Assembly: GCA_965140585.1 (NCBI GenBank)
Contig: OZ223269.1
Coordinates: 704,001 to 768,000 of the forward strand
DNA length: 64,000 nt
Direction of reading: 5' to 3'
From: Spirochaetia bacterium
Lineage (GTDB): Bacteria; Spirochaetota; Spirochaetia; UBA9216
Positions 28,837 through 40,896 of this stretch are shown one piece after another (positions within the stretch are counted from its first letter, which is position 1; the number at the start of each line of letters is the position of its first letter). The position numbers and the translations under genes were made by a program. Under the pieces are notes generated by a model. That model made no database searches and was not told the origin of the DNA. It saw nothing but the letters and a program-made list of their open reading frames with translations.

Positions 28837-30084
28837 TTATTTTTCGTTTGCAGTCTTGAGAATACAGTGGAGAAGTACGTTTGCACCTCTTTCACAGTCT
28901 TCATAAGGCGTATCTTCAACTTCTACATGACTGCGTCCGTTAATTGACGGAACAAAGATCATCGCGCCTCTGGTAACCTGGTTAACTTCACTCATGTCGT
29001 GACCGGCACCTGATACCATCCTCATTGATGAATAACCGAGTTCTTCTGATGTCTCAACCACTCGATCCCATAATTCCTTATCGAATGGAGCATGAGCAAC
29101 TTTCCAGGTTTCTTCGGTTCTTATAGGACAACCTCTTCGTTCAGCAATGACTTCGAACTCTTTTTTCATCATTTCCCATGCTTTGATTGCATGTTCATCA
29201 TCCCATGATCGAATATCTACGGTGAAGTGAACCTTATCCGGTATGATATTTCTTGAATTAGGATAGTTCTGAATTTCGCCTACTGTTCCAACCATATCAC
29301 CGAACTGATGAGCAACTTTATTTACCACCATATTCATTTCAGAAAATGCGAGGAGCGCGTCGTTTCTTCCTACCATCGGTGTAGGTCCAACCTGGTTGGC
29401 TGTTCCTTCTAGATAGATGTCATACCAGTGAAGACAGAGAATTCCCTTTGGAGCTCCAATCTGAATGCCTTCTTTTTCAAGCTGGGGTCCCTGTTCGATG
29501 TGAAGCTCGTATGCTGCATAGATATTCCATTCTTTGTGGGAGCATGGGTAAGTGCCCTTGTAGCCGATTCTCTCAAGCTCTTCACCGAAAACAGTGTTCC
29601 CGTCCCGGTCTTTTCTTTCATAGGCCCATTCTTTGGTATGATTACCAACCCAAACACCTGAACCCATACATGCGGGAGCAAACCAGCCGCCTTCTTCGTT
29701 GGTCCAGTCTACTATAATGAAATCTCTTTCAAGTTCGATGTTATTCTCGTTGATAACACGCATTACCTCAAGTGCTCCAAGAACACCGAGAATACCGTCA
29801 AACCTTCCGCCGGGTTTCTGTGTGTCAAAATGAGACCCGGTCATTACTGCGCCGAGTTCCGGATTCTTACCCGGACGACGGGCAAAAATGTTTCCCATTT
29901 CATCAATAGTGATTTCACAACCACATTCCTTGTACCATTTAACAAGAAGATCTCTTCCGATTTTATCTTCATCAGTTGCGGCACATCTAATCAGACCATT
30001 ATTTTCTGTTTTTCCGATTTTGGCCGATTCTTCGAGGGTGCTTTTTAGTCTGGCACCATCGATCCGTAATTCTTTTAGATCCAT
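28837..30084 (-). CDS. M20-family Zn-dependent N-carbamoyl-amino-acid amidohydrolase (beta-ureidopropionase/allantoate amidohydrolase-like)
   Basis: GSHFDT..GGRFDG, WTNEEG, ELHIEQGP, SRNIIP, SGAGHD. Confidence 0.9.
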   Translation of the reverse strand: MDLKELRIDGARLKSTLEESAKIGKTENNGLIRCAATDEDKIGRDLLVKWYKECGCEITIDEMGNIFARRPGKNPELGAVMTGSHFDTQKPGGRFDGILGVLGALEVMRVINENNIELERDFIIVDWTNEEGGWFAPACMGSGVWVGNHTKEWAYERKDRDGNTVFGEELERIGYKGTYPCSHKEWNIYAAYELHIEQGPQLEKEGIQIGAPKGILCLHWYDIYLEGTANQVGPTPMVGRNDALLAFSEMNMVVNKVAHQFGDMVGTVGEIQNYPNSRNIIPDKVHFTVDIRSWDDEHAIKAWEMMKKEFEVIAERRGCPIRTEETWKVAHAPFDKELWDRVVETSEELGYSSMRMVSGAGHDMSEVNQVTRGAMIFVPSINGRSHVEVEDTPYEDCERGANVLLHCILKTANEK

Positions 30085-30271
30085 ATGATATCGTCCTCCT
30101 GAAAAATTACAAACATTTTATTCCGGCGGGTAATCCGGATGTGTTAAAATGTTTGCCCGAACATATACATACATAATACCAGATAAGAATGAATGATGCA
30201 AACAAAATTACCTAAAAGTTATATATTGACCATAGGCAGATCATCGGCTTAAGCTGAAACGGGAGAATTAT

Positions 30272-33232
30272 ATGAATCTTGAAGAACTGAGATTTTACTA
30301 TGACAAATTTAAATACGGTGAAGATAACTTTCATAATCTGATGCAGTACCGCGTTAAAGAGATACTTCTTATTTCTACTTTCTACGATGCTTACATATTT
30401 GAGCATGATTCTCTTCTTTCAGAGCAGATAGTTGGTGAGTATCACCAGCTTAACCTGACAACTGTGCCGAGAATCACCAGCACGCCTACCGGTGCTGATG
30501 CGCTTAACCTGCTTCGTGAAAGACGTTTTGATCTTGTAATCACAACTCTGAGGACAGGTGAAGAGAGCAGTTTTGAACTATCTGCCAAGATTAAGGAAGT
30601 GCAGCCTGATGTTCCTGTAATACTGCTTTTAACGGTGCAGTCTGATATAGCCCTAGTAAACAGAAACCGGAACAGGCTTGAGCATATCGAGAATATATTT
30701 CTATGGAACGGAGATTCAAAGCTTATTCTCGCAATGATAAAGTTTATCGAGGATAAGAAAAATGCTCCCTATGATACTGAACATGGCCTGGTTAAGGTTA
30801 TACTGCTGGTTGAAGATTCAATTAACTTCATCTCGATATATCTGCCTCTGCTGTATACCGAGATCATGGAGCAGACTCAGAGGCTTATTTCCGAAGAGCT
30901 GAATGACAACCAGAAATACAACCGGATGCGTACGAGGCCTAAGGTAATAGTTACTGACAGTTACGAAAAAGGTGTGGAGCTTTATGAACAGTACCAGGAG
31001 CATATTCTTTGCGTCATGTCTGATATGGAATTTTATAAAGATAATGCGCTGGATGGAGACGCCGGAATTAAATTCCTTGGCAAGATCAGAAATGAGAATC
31101 CTGACATGCCCTGTATTCTGCAGTCGTCAGTACTGACAAACAGGAGGAGGGCTGAGCAGCTTGGCGTTAATTTCTTTCATAAACAGTCACAGTTTCTTCT
31201 GAAAGATCTGCGGAATTTCATTATCGAAAATCTGGGCTTCGGTGACCTGGTTTTCAGGGATGAAGACGGCGGTGAAATAGCGAGGGCCAGAAATCTGGGT
31301 GATTTTGAAAGAATCATTCCTGAGCTTCCCCTGGAATCACTGCTGAGTCACAGCCGGAAAAAGGATTTCTCATCATGGCTGATTGCGCATGGAGAAATGC
31401 AGCTTGCACGTATTCTGCGTCCGGTCGAAGCAGAAGATTTTAATAACTATGATACATATCGCAAGTATCTGCTTCAGCAGTTTATGAAGCTGCGTCGTAT
31501 GAGAAACCGCGGAAAGATAGTCAGCCTTAATCTCGAAAGTTTAAAGAATGACGGTGTAATCAATCGAATCGGTTCTGGCTCTCTAGGCGGAAAGGGCCGT
31601 GGACTTGCTTTTTTCAATTCATTTCTCGTAACGACCGAGTTTGAAAATAAATTTAAGGATGTTCTGGTTAAAATTCCAAGAACAACCATCATCGGAACTT
31701 CGGTGTTCAGTGATTTTGTAAATGAAAACAACCTTTTTGAACTCAGGAACAGTCCAGATGACGAAGATATCAAACATAAATTTGTAGCTGGAAAGCTCTC
31801 GCCGTTTGTTATTGAAAGACTGATGCTTTTTCTTGAAGAAGTCAGGGTTCCCCTGGCAGTACGTTCCTCGGGGCTTCTGGAAGATTCACAGTCTCAGCCC
31901 TTTGCCGGTGTTTATCAGACATACATGATTCCAAATAATGATAACAGCATTGAGCAGCGCCTGAAACAGCTTACAAATGCTATAAAACTCGTTTATTCAT
32001 CCGTATTTTTAAATAACACCCGGAAGTACATTGAAAATCTTAACTACCTCATTGAGGAAGAGCGAATGGCCGTAGTAATACAGGAAGTCGTAGGGCGTAC
32101 ATATGACAGCTATTATTACCCGCATGTTTCCGGTGTAGGGCAGTCGTTTAATTACTATCCACTGGGAAATATGAAAAATACTGATGGAGTTGCTTCGATT
32201 GCCGTGGGTCTTGGGCAGGCTGTCGTTGACGGTGAGAAGAACTATAGATTCTGTCCGGAATATCCTACTGTTTCGTATCTTTCCGATGAGGAGATTGTAA
32301 AGTCTACGCAGACTCATTTCTATGCGATAGATCTGGATAAAAAAGATACTGACATCCTGAAGGGCGAATATGAAACACTCTCCAGGCTGCGCGTGAATGT
32401 TGCCGAAAAGCACCGGAATCTTTATCACATGGCATCAGTCTGGGATTCTCAAAACCAGAGGATGGTGGATGGTATCAGTTCGCCCGGGCCCAGAGTAATT
32501 AATTTTGCAAATATTCTGAAATACAATGTATTCCCCCTCTCAGATATTGTTAAAGAAGTTCTTGAGATGGCACAGGCTGCACTTGGAGTTCCTGTTGAAA
32601 TTGAATTTGCTGTTGATTTAACTAAAACTACTGATGAACTGCCGTCCTTTTATCTGCTTCAGGTTCGTCCTATGACAGTTAATCTTGATGAGGCTTGTAT
32701 CGATTTTAAAAGTCTTGATAAGGATGATTTGATTCTCTATACAGAGGAAGGGCTTGGAAACGGGCTCATCGATGATATCAGGGATATAATTTTCATAGCC
32801 CCGGAGGATTTTGATAATACAAAGACTATGGAAATGCAGCTGGAAATTGAAATGCTCAACGATAAGATGAAAGAAGCGGGTAGGGAATACATCCTTATTG
32901 CTCCCGGACGCTGGGGTTCACGTGACAGATTTCTCGGAATTCCTGTTTTGTGGTCTCAAATAAGCAAAGCCAGGGTAATTGTTGAGGTTGGACTTGAAAA
33001 TTTTGATATTGAACCCTCACAGGGTACTCATTTTTTTCATAATGTCGTTGCAATGAATATTGGCTATTTTAATGTTCCTCATAAGAAGAAAAAAAGGTCA
33101 AATATTGATTGGAATCACATAAAAAGCTTTAAAGGTGCTGTAAAGTATCAATATTTCACGCATATTGTGAATGATACACCATTTAAAGTTATCATGGATG
33201 GTAAAAACTCTATGTCTATCATACAAAAGTAA
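30272..33232 (+). CDS. Receiver-like domains fused to a PEP/pyruvate-binding (PPDK_N, ATP-grasp) domain
   Basis: ILLVED receiver-like segment; GSLGGKGRGLAF, LAVRSSGLLEDS, FAGVY, MAVVIQ, GLGQAVV, EIEFA, LQVRP; C-terminal PGRWGS, SQGTHFFHN. Confidence 0.85.
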   Translation: MNLEELRFYYDKFKYGEDNFHNLMQYRVKEILLISTFYDAYIFEHDSLLSEQIVGEYHQLNLTTVPRITSTPTGADALNLLRERRFDLVITTLRTGEESSFELSAKIKEVQPDVPVILLLTVQSDIALVNRNRNRLEHIENIFLWNGDSKLILAMIKFIEDKKNAPYDTEHGLVKVILLVEDSINFISIYLPLLYTEIMEQTQRLISEELNDNQKYNRMRTRPKVIVTDSYEKGVELYEQYQEHILCVMSDMEFYKDNALDGDAGIKFLGKIRNENPDMPCILQSSVLTNRRRAEQLGVNFFHKQSQFLLKDLRNFIIENLGFGDLVFRDEDGGEIARARNLGDFERIIPELPLESLLSHSRKKDFSSWLIAHGEMQLARILRPVEAEDFNNYDTYRKYLLQQFMKLRRMRNRGKIVSLNLESLKNDGVINRIGSGSLGGKGRGLAFFNSFLVTTEFENKFKDVLVKIPRTTIIGTSVFSDFVNENNLFELRNSPDDEDIKHKFVAGKLSPFVIERLMLFLEEVRVPLAVRSSGLLEDSQSQPFAGVYQTYMIPNNDNSIEQRLKQLTNAIKLVYSSVFLNNTRKYIENLNYLIEEERMAVVIQEVVGRTYDSYYYPHVSGVGQSFNYYPLGNMKNTDGVASIAVGLGQAVVDGEKNYRFCPEYPTVSYLSDEEIVKSTQTHFYAIDLDKKDTDILKGEYETLSRLRVNVAEKHRNLYHMASVWDSQNQRMVDGISSPGPRVINFANILKYNVFPLSDIVKEVLEMAQAALGVPVEIEFAVDLTKTTDELPSFYLLQVRPMTVNLDEACIDFKSLDKDDLILYTEEGLGNGLIDDIRDIIFIAPEDFDNTKTMEMQLEIEMLNDKMKEAGREYILIAPGRWGSRDRFLGIPVLWSQISKARVIVEVGLENFDIEPSQGTHFFHNVVAMNIGYFNVPHKKKKRSNIDWNHIKSFKGAVKYQYFTHIVNDTPFKVIMDGKNSMSIIQK

Positions 33233-33276
33233 GAGATATAACAGAGATTTATGTGAAAAAAATGAAGTAAAATTTC

Positions 33277-34695
<1,419 letters not shown>

Positions 34696-34735
34696 TCAGG
34701 TTAAAAATTTAATCACTTTTTCCAACTAATATTTT

Positions 34736-34770
34736 GAGCTGTCCGTAGTGTTACTTCGGACAGCTCTTTT
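34736..34770. terminator. Terminator between gdhA and ygeW
   Basis: GAGCTGTCCG / CGGACAGCTC stem followed by TTTT. Confidence 0.8.
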
Positions 34771-34785
34771 AATTTAAAACAATTT

Positions 34786-35985
34786 CTATATTAAAGATCT
34801 TAAAGATGACTTTTTAATAAGATCATGAATTCCTGAAACAGGATTCCTGACCTTGCTTAAAAAGATCATGGCAGCAATTATATAGGGTTTATACCCTGCT
34901 TCTATATAAGTTGTTTTTCTATACCTGTCAAATACAGATGCTGCTACCTCTCCATGTTCACAGCTTACACCGCTTATGTCTGCAGGCAGGCAGTGCATAT
35001 AAACAGCCTTTCCATCTTTTGTCTTTCTCATCAGTTCTTCACTGCATTCCCATGACATATAATCTTTGTTCTGTTCTAGACAGTTTTTCTCTAACTGAAC
35101 CAGACCTTCCCGATCATTTTCACGAAACAGCTTGGTGCGTTTTTCCATTACGCTGAAAGGCGCCCAGCTTTTCGGGTACACAATATCAGCCCCTTCAAAG
35201 GCTTCTTCCATTGAGTTTGTGACATTAAAGCTTCCGCCGCTTTTGGTAGAAAATCCTTTTGCAATTTCAACGGTTTCATCTATTAGGTTATACCCCGGCG
35301 GATAAGCAAGACTCACATCCATTCCAAAACGGCTCATTAACCCGATTACGCCCTGCGGAACAGAAAGAGGTTTTCCGTAGGATGGGGAGTAAGCCCAGGT
35401 CATTGCAACTTTTTTCCCCTTTAGCTGGTCAACACCGCCGAAGGTATTTATTAGGTGAAGTGTATCAGCCATAGCCTGGGTTGGATGGTCAAGATCGCAC
35501 TGAAGGTTAACAAGTGCAGGTTTTGAAGGTATAATACCGTCCTTAAAATCTTCACTTAGAGATTTTGCAACCTCTGTCATGTAGGTATGTCCTTCACCTA
35601 TGAAGATATCGTCTCTTATTCCGATTGCTTCTGTTAGAAAACTAATCATACAAGCGGTCTCTCTGACTGTTTCACCGTGTGCTATCTGAGATTTCTGTTC
35701 ATCAAGATCCTGTACCGTAAGACCCAGAAGGTTTGCAGCGCTGGCAAATGAAAACCTTGTTCGAGTGGAATTATCCCTGAAGATTGAAACAGCAAGACCG
35801 GAATCAAATATTCTTGGAGATATATTGCTTTTACGCAGCAGCCTGAGCAGTTCAGCAGTTTTAAAAACAGCATCAATTTCTTCGAATGTTTTATCCCAGG
35901 TGAGAAGAAAATCTCCTCCAAACATTTTAGACCAGTCAAGGCCGTTAAGTTCAGTCAGTAATTTTTTTATTTCCTTGTTCTCCAT
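34786..35985 (-). CDS. ygeW: Knotted carbamoyltransferase YgeW
   Basis: DFLLTW, FRDNSTRTRFS, HGETVRET, QCDLDHPTQ, WAYSPSYGKPLSVPQG, YPKSW, HCLPAD. Confidence 0.93.
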   Translation of the reverse strand: MENKEIKKLLTELNGLDWSKMFGGDFLLTWDKTFEEIDAVFKTAELLRLLRKSNISPRIFDSGLAVSIFRDNSTRTRFSFASAANLLGLTVQDLDEQKSQIAHGETVRETACMISFLTEAIGIRDDIFIGEGHTYMTEVAKSLSEDFKDGIIPSKPALVNLQCDLDHPTQAMADTLHLINTFGGVDQLKGKKVAMTWAYSPSYGKPLSVPQGVIGLMSRFGMDVSLAYPPGYNLIDETVEIAKGFSTKSGGSFNVTNSMEEAFEGADIVYPKSWAPFSVMEKRTKLFRENDREGLVQLEKNCLEQNKDYMSWECSEELMRKTKDGKAVYMHCLPADISGVSCEHGEVAASVFDRYRKTTYIEAGYKPYIIAAMIFLSKVRNPVSGIHDLIKKSSLRSLI

Positions 35986-36015
35986 CTTTATCCTCTCTTT
36001 CAGAAAATTCGTCTT

Positions 36016-37377
36016 TTAAAATTTATTAAGAAGTGCTGAAGAAATTTCCCTTGTTTTGAATGAAAGTTCATCTTCATCAAATCCTGTAAGTTCTCCTTTG
36101 CAGACGGTAATCTTTCCGTTAACTATTGTATATTTAGTTGTATGATTATGACCGCAGAAAATAAGTGATGCGAGCGGGTCGGACTCTGAGCCTGCGTATT
36201 CCAGTCCTGAAATATCAAAAACTGCAACATCTGCAGCATAGCCCTGTTTAATATATCCGATAGTATCGTAATTAAGTGTTTTGGCTCCACCTGCAGAAGC
36301 GATACCGAAAGCCTCTTTGACTGTCAAACCGGATGCTCCGTATTTGATTCTCTGCAGCATCAGAGCAGTTCTTATCTCACCCAGCATGTCGCAGCTGTCA
36401 TTTGAAGCTGAACCGTCAACAGCAAGACTGACATTTATTCCACGGTCAATCATCTCTCTGACTCGCGCTATTCCTGAGCCAAGACGCATGTTCGATGAAG
36501 GGCAATGACATATACTGCATCCGGAATCTTTGAGGTAAGAAAGTTCTTCATCATTGAAATGTATTCCATGGGCAAAAGAAACATCATGACCGGTAAAATC
36601 ACAGCTTTTCATCAGCTCCAGTGGCCTTATTCCATGTTTATTGATACAGAAATCATTCTCATCGTGGGTTTCGGCCAGATGAGTATGCAAAAGTACATTC
36701 TTCTCACGAGCAAGTAAGGCTGTTTCTTTCATTAGTTCTGTTGTCACTGAAAAAGGGCTGCATGGGGCCAGTATAATTCTCTGCATTGAATATTTATCAG
36801 CATCATGGAAATCTTTTATTACCCGTTCACTGTCTTTGATTATTTCTGCACCTGTCTGTACCACTGAATCAGGAGGCAGGCCTCCATCCTTTCTGCTGAG
36901 CGACATGGAGCCTCTTGTGGGTGAAAAACGTAATCCCAGCTTTCCAGCTGCTTCAAACTGAAGCCCCATAATATCTCCGCTAAAGCCGGAAGGATAAAGA
37001 TAATGGTGATCTGTTGAACATGTACATCCGGTTTTCATCAATTCAGCAGCAGCGCAAAGTGAGGAATAATATACAGCATCAGAGTCAATATTCTTCCATT
37101 TTTCATAGAGAAAAACCAGCCATTCAAACAGTTCGGCATTCTGAACTTCCGGAAGGTTGCGAGTAAGGACCTGGTAGAAATGATGATGTGTATTCACAAA
37201 CCCTGGAACCGCTATACAGCCGCTGCAGTCTATTATTTCATGAGAAGGATAATGGGAAAAGTCCATGTCAGCTGTACTTATAACGGCCTCAATGGTATTT
37301 CCATTGATAATAAGGTTCACATCAGAATAAAGCTGTGATCCGTTGTATAAAGATTTAAGATTTTTCAGTATCAGCAT
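36016..37377 (-). CDS. 8-oxoguanine deaminase-like amidohydrolase
   Basis: NTHHHFYQ.LTR, TRGSMSL..KDGGLPPD, APCSPFSV, HTHLAET, CPSSNMRL, DGSASND. Confidence 0.85.
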   Translation of the reverse strand: MLILKNLKSLYNGSQLYSDVNLIINGNTIEAVISTADMDFSHYPSHEIIDCSGCIAVPGFVNTHHHFYQVLTRNLPEVQNAELFEWLVFLYEKWKNIDSDAVYYSSLCAAAELMKTGCTCSTDHHYLYPSGFSGDIMGLQFEAAGKLGLRFSPTRGSMSLSRKDGGLPPDSVVQTGAEIIKDSERVIKDFHDADKYSMQRIILAPCSPFSVTTELMKETALLAREKNVLLHTHLAETHDENDFCINKHGIRPLELMKSCDFTGHDVSFAHGIHFNDEELSYLKDSGCSICHCPSSNMRLGSGIARVREMIDRGINVSLAVDGSASNDSCDMLGEIRTALMLQRIKYGASGLTVKEAFGIASAGGAKTLNYDTIGYIKQGYAADVAVFDISGLEYAGSESDPLASLIFCGHNHTTKYTIVNGKITVCKGELTGFDEDELSFKTREISSALLNKF

Positions 37378-38278
37378 TTTTATCTCCGGTGGAAATGATA
37401 ATCTCTTTTATCAGCCGAAGTGCAGTATTAAATCTGTACCTTGCGGTACTGCGCTGATCGTTAATGGGTTTTAAAAGGCTGGAATAAATTTCAACTGCAC
37501 TGTCAATTTTTTTATGGTCTTCTGCAGGATTTATACCAATCAGCAGATCTTCAGCTTCCTCACTTCTTATTATCTGCGGACCGCATGCCCCGACTGCTAT
37601 TCTTATATCTTCCAGAGATCCCTCAACCAGCTTCCATGCTGCTGCAATGTTCAGTTTGGATAATGCATTAGCAGCCCTTGTTCCGATTTTGATAAATCTC
37701 GTCTGTAATTCTGAATCATATGTCATGCTGATGCCGCGAAGAAGTTCACCTGCTTTAAGGTCGGTAGAACCCGGTCCTGTGATAAAATCATCTATCGCAA
37801 TTTTCCTTATTGCTGTCCCGGCTTCACTGTTTTTTGTATTTACTAATGAGATACATTCAATTTCAGTATCAAGTATATATAAAACAGGTAAGGAATCGGC
37901 GGCCGGACTTGCGTTGCATATATTGCCCGCAAGAGTCGCGGTATTTCGGATTCCCGGAGAGGCAATGTGCTTTAATGCTTCTACAAGAGGCGGAGGGGTA
38001 TCACTGTGTTCAATCAGGTCGGACAGAACAACAGAAGCCCCGGCATAAAACAGCGAGCAGTCTTTTTCAATCACATCAAAATCTTTAATTCGTCCGGTAT
38101 AGAAAATTTCAGAAAAATCTTGAATATTATTTTTTGAAGGAAATGAAGAAGACTGATTGAATATGGCATGACGTCTGACCATCAAATCTGTACCGCCTGA
38201 TACAGGCACAAAACCTTTTTCGAGCAGAAGCAGTGCATCTTCTACATTTTTGGGTGAGAGATTCATTATTTCCGCCAT
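37355..38278 (-). CDS. Xanthine-dehydrogenase-family FAD-binding subunit
   Basis: SGGTDL, IASPGIRNTATLAGNICNASPAAD, PINDQRSTA.YR. Confidence 0.9.
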   Translation of the reverse strand: MAEIMNLSPKNVEDALLLLEKGFVPVSGGTDLMVRRHAIFNQSSSFPSKNNIQDFSEIFYTGRIKDFDVIEKDCSLFYAGASVVLSDLIEHSDTPPPLVEALKHIASPGIRNTATLAGNICNASPAADSLPVLYILDTEIECISLVNTKNSEAGTAIRKIAIDDFITGPGSTDLKAGELLRGISMTYDSELQTRFIKIGTRAANALSKLNIAAAWKLVEGSLEDIRIAVGACGPQIIRSEEAEDLLIGINPAEDHKKIDSAVEIYSSLLKPINDQRSTARYRFNTALRLIKEIIISTGDKNADTEKS

Positions 38279-38760
38279 ATGTGAGCTCCGTTTTCAGAGG
38301 CCTTTTTTACAGCTTCTATAATCATACTGTATCCAGTGCAGCGGCAGAGATTACCTGAAAGGCCTTCTTTTATTTGTTCACCGTCAGGAACCGGATTTTT
38401 TCTAAGCAGAGCAGCAGTTGCCAGAATAAAACCGGGAGTACAGAATCCGCACTGCACAGCGCCGCATTGAGCATATGCTTCTGAAATTATCCGGAATTCC
38501 TCGGTTTTGCTGAATCCTTCGATAGTTATTATTTCATCGCCATCTACTGCTGCCGCAGGAACGGTGCAGGAATTAACAAGCCTGCCGTTTCTGAAAACAC
38601 TGCAGGCTCCGCATTCTCCCTCACCGCAGCCTTCCTTTACGCCCGTAAGTTGAAAATTATTCCGCAGAATATCAAGCAGCCGATCAGAAGGGCCGGCGGT
38701 TATTTCAATGTCTTTTCCGTTAAGATTAAATTTCAGGTTAATTTTTACCTTGCTGTTCAT
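38266..38760 (-). CDS. Xanthine-dehydrogenase-family 2x[2Fe-2S] subunit
   Basis: GCGEGECGAC, NSC, QCGFCTPG, GNLCRCTGY. Confidence 0.94.
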   Translation of the reverse strand: MNSKVKINLKFNLNGKDIEITAGPSDRLLDILRNNFQLTGVKEGCGEGECGACSVFRNGRLVNSCTVPAAAVDGDEIITIEGFSKTEEFRIISEAYAQCGAVQCGFCTPGFILATAALLRKNPVPDGEQIKEGLSGNLCRCTGYSMIIEAVKKASENGAHIWRK

Positions 38761-40895
38761 GACTGTTCCTCGAGCATTTCCGGTGTTACAGGTATGCTGT
38801 ACTGTATTTTTCCCACGGCCTGTGATACAGCTGCTGCTACAGCGGCAGCAGGACCTTCGTTTGGAAGTTCACCTGCAGCCTTGGCCCCAAAGGGGCCGCG
38901 GGGGTATGGGTTATCCATAAAATGGCATTCTGTCTCAGGAAAATCCATTGTCGTCGGGATGGTATAGTCTGTGAAAGAGGCCTGAGCGAATTGCCCTTTA
39001 TGAAGTACCATGTTCTCTATTGTTGAATACCCGAAAGCCTGGGCTGTTCCTCCATGCATCTGGCCCTTCAGTATGTTTATGTCGATCGGTGTTCCTACAT
39101 CATAAACCGCCCAGGAACCCTTTATTTCAATCTGCCTGGTTAAACTGTCAATTTCGACTTCTACAACATTTACTGACCAGCTATACCCCGGATAAGCATC
39201 ACCGCTGAATGTCTTTTCATCCCAAACAAGTTCTGCTGGATGCATATACCGCTTTTCTACGGTAATTTCATCTGAATAATTTCTTACAGAATCTTTGAGT
39301 TTTAATGATAGTTCAGCTGCAGCATCAGCGAGAAGCTTGCCGACAATCATTACCGTGCGGGAAGCTACCGTCGGCCCAGAATCAGGAACCTCAGCAGTAT
39401 CAGGCTGCTGAAAAACAATGTTACAAAGCGGGATATTCATTGTTTCAGCAACGATCTTTCTAAGAGTGGTTGATGCTCCCTGACCCATTTCAACATTTGA
39501 AACCAGCACTGTTATTACGGGTTTCTCAGGGTCGGAATCGGCCGGAGAAGCTTTCAGCCTTACGAGACTTTTTATGATTTCCTGTTCACCGCTTCCGGTA
39601 AAGGCGCCTCCGTGTGCAGCATATGAAATACCTATGCCGCGTATCTTATGGCTTTGCAAATTTTCCGGCTTTGAATAACGTTCATATTTTTCTGTATATC
39701 CGGATACTTTATTAACCTTCTCAAACATCTGTTTAAGAAGTATATCATCGCGGAAAAGCCCTCCGGTAACCGACAGGTCTCCTTTTTTAAGCAAATGATT
39801 TAATTTAAACTCGGATGGATCCTGTTTAAGTGCCTTTGCGACTGCATACATATTCATCTCTGCGGCAAACAAAGCCTGCGGGCCTCCAAACCCTCTGAAC
39901 GCTCCTGAAGGCACATGATTTGTTTTCATGGTTCTGCCGCGGACATTCAGATTCTCTATATTGTAAGCTCCGCTGCAGATAAAAACTGCTCGTTCAAGAA
40001 CTACCCCCGATAGAGTCTGAAATGCCCCGGCGTCAATTTTTGTATCAATATCAAGTGCTGTAATCCGGTTATCTTTATCTACCGCTGTACGGATACGTAT
40101 GACTGAAGGATGGCGTTTTGGAGTGACGGTCATGTCATACCTGCGGTCAAGTACTATTCTAACAGGCGAACCGGATTTTATTGCTGCGGCTGCCGCCTGT
40201 GATGCCAGTATGGAAGGATAATCCTCCTTGCCTCCAAAGGCTCCTCCCGTGACAGACTGGATAATCCGTATCTTCTCGGGGGCAATTTTGAAACTGGCCG
40301 CAAGTGAGTTTTTTACGTAGTAGGGACATTGCAGGGAGCCGTAGATCATCAGGGAGCCGTCATTATAGACTGCAGTCATTGCCTGGGGTTCCATATATGC
40401 CTGTTCCTGAATACCTGTACTGAATTCATTAACAAATATTTTCCATGCCGAACTGAAGCTTTTTTCAGGATCACCTTTTTTGATATGATAGTCATTGAAC
40501 CACTCTACAGCTTCACTGATTCCGGAAATAGCGTCTGTCCGGATATAATCAATTTTAATATCCGAAGCCAGTTGCCTGCATATGTTCCGGTCAGGTCCTG
40601 ATACAACACATAAGGTCTGGCCGTAGAAGGAAATTTCCTTTGCAGCAAAAATCGGCCAGTCCTGTGCAACAATGCTTGCTCTGTTCAGGCCGTCTATATC
40701 ATCTGCTCCAGTTATGAAATAACCTTCAGGCAGTTCGGGGTAATGGATAGATTCAATAGTTCCGCATTGAATGGAGGAGGCTACCGGTATGCCCCAGGTA
40801 AGTCCTTCAAAATCGAGATCCGCGGTGTACTTCGCTTTTCCTGATGCTTTAGAAGCGGCATCTGTTCTGATTACCGGATTACTGATTTTGTGCAT
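38757..40895 (-). CDS. Xanthine-dehydrogenase-family molybdopterin-binding subunit (PucD-like)
   Basis: QEQAYMEP, GGAFGGKE, AFRGFGGPQ, EMGQG, SGPTVASR, GAKAAGELP. Confidence 0.92.
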   Translation of the reverse strand: MHKISNPVIRTDAASKASGKAKYTADLDFEGLTWGIPVASSIQCGTIESIHYPELPEGYFITGADDIDGLNRASIVAQDWPIFAAKEISFYGQTLCVVSGPDRNICRQLASDIKIDYIRTDAISGISEAVEWFNDYHIKKGDPEKSFSSAWKIFVNEFSTGIQEQAYMEPQAMTAVYNDGSLMIYGSLQCPYYVKNSLAASFKIAPEKIRIIQSVTGGAFGGKEDYPSILASQAAAAAIKSGSPVRIVLDRRYDMTVTPKRHPSVIRIRTAVDKDNRITALDIDTKIDAGAFQTLSGVVLERAVFICSGAYNIENLNVRGRTMKTNHVPSGAFRGFGGPQALFAAEMNMYAVAKALKQDPSEFKLNHLLKKGDLSVTGGLFRDDILLKQMFEKVNKVSGYTEKYERYSKPENLQSHKIRGIGISYAAHGGAFTGSGEQEIIKSLVRLKASPADSDPEKPVITVLVSNVEMGQGASTTLRKIVAETMNIPLCNIVFQQPDTAEVPDSGPTVASRTVMIVGKLLADAAAELSLKLKDSVRNYSDEITVEKRYMHPAELVWDEKTFSGDAYPGYSWSVNVVEVEIDSLTRQIEIKGSWAVYDVGTPIDINILKGQMHGGTAQAFGYSTIENMVLHKGQFAQASFTDYTIPTTMDFPETECHFMDNPYPRGPFGAKAAGELPNEGPAAAVAAAVSQAVGKIQYSIPVTPEMLEEQS

Positions 40896-40896
40896 A

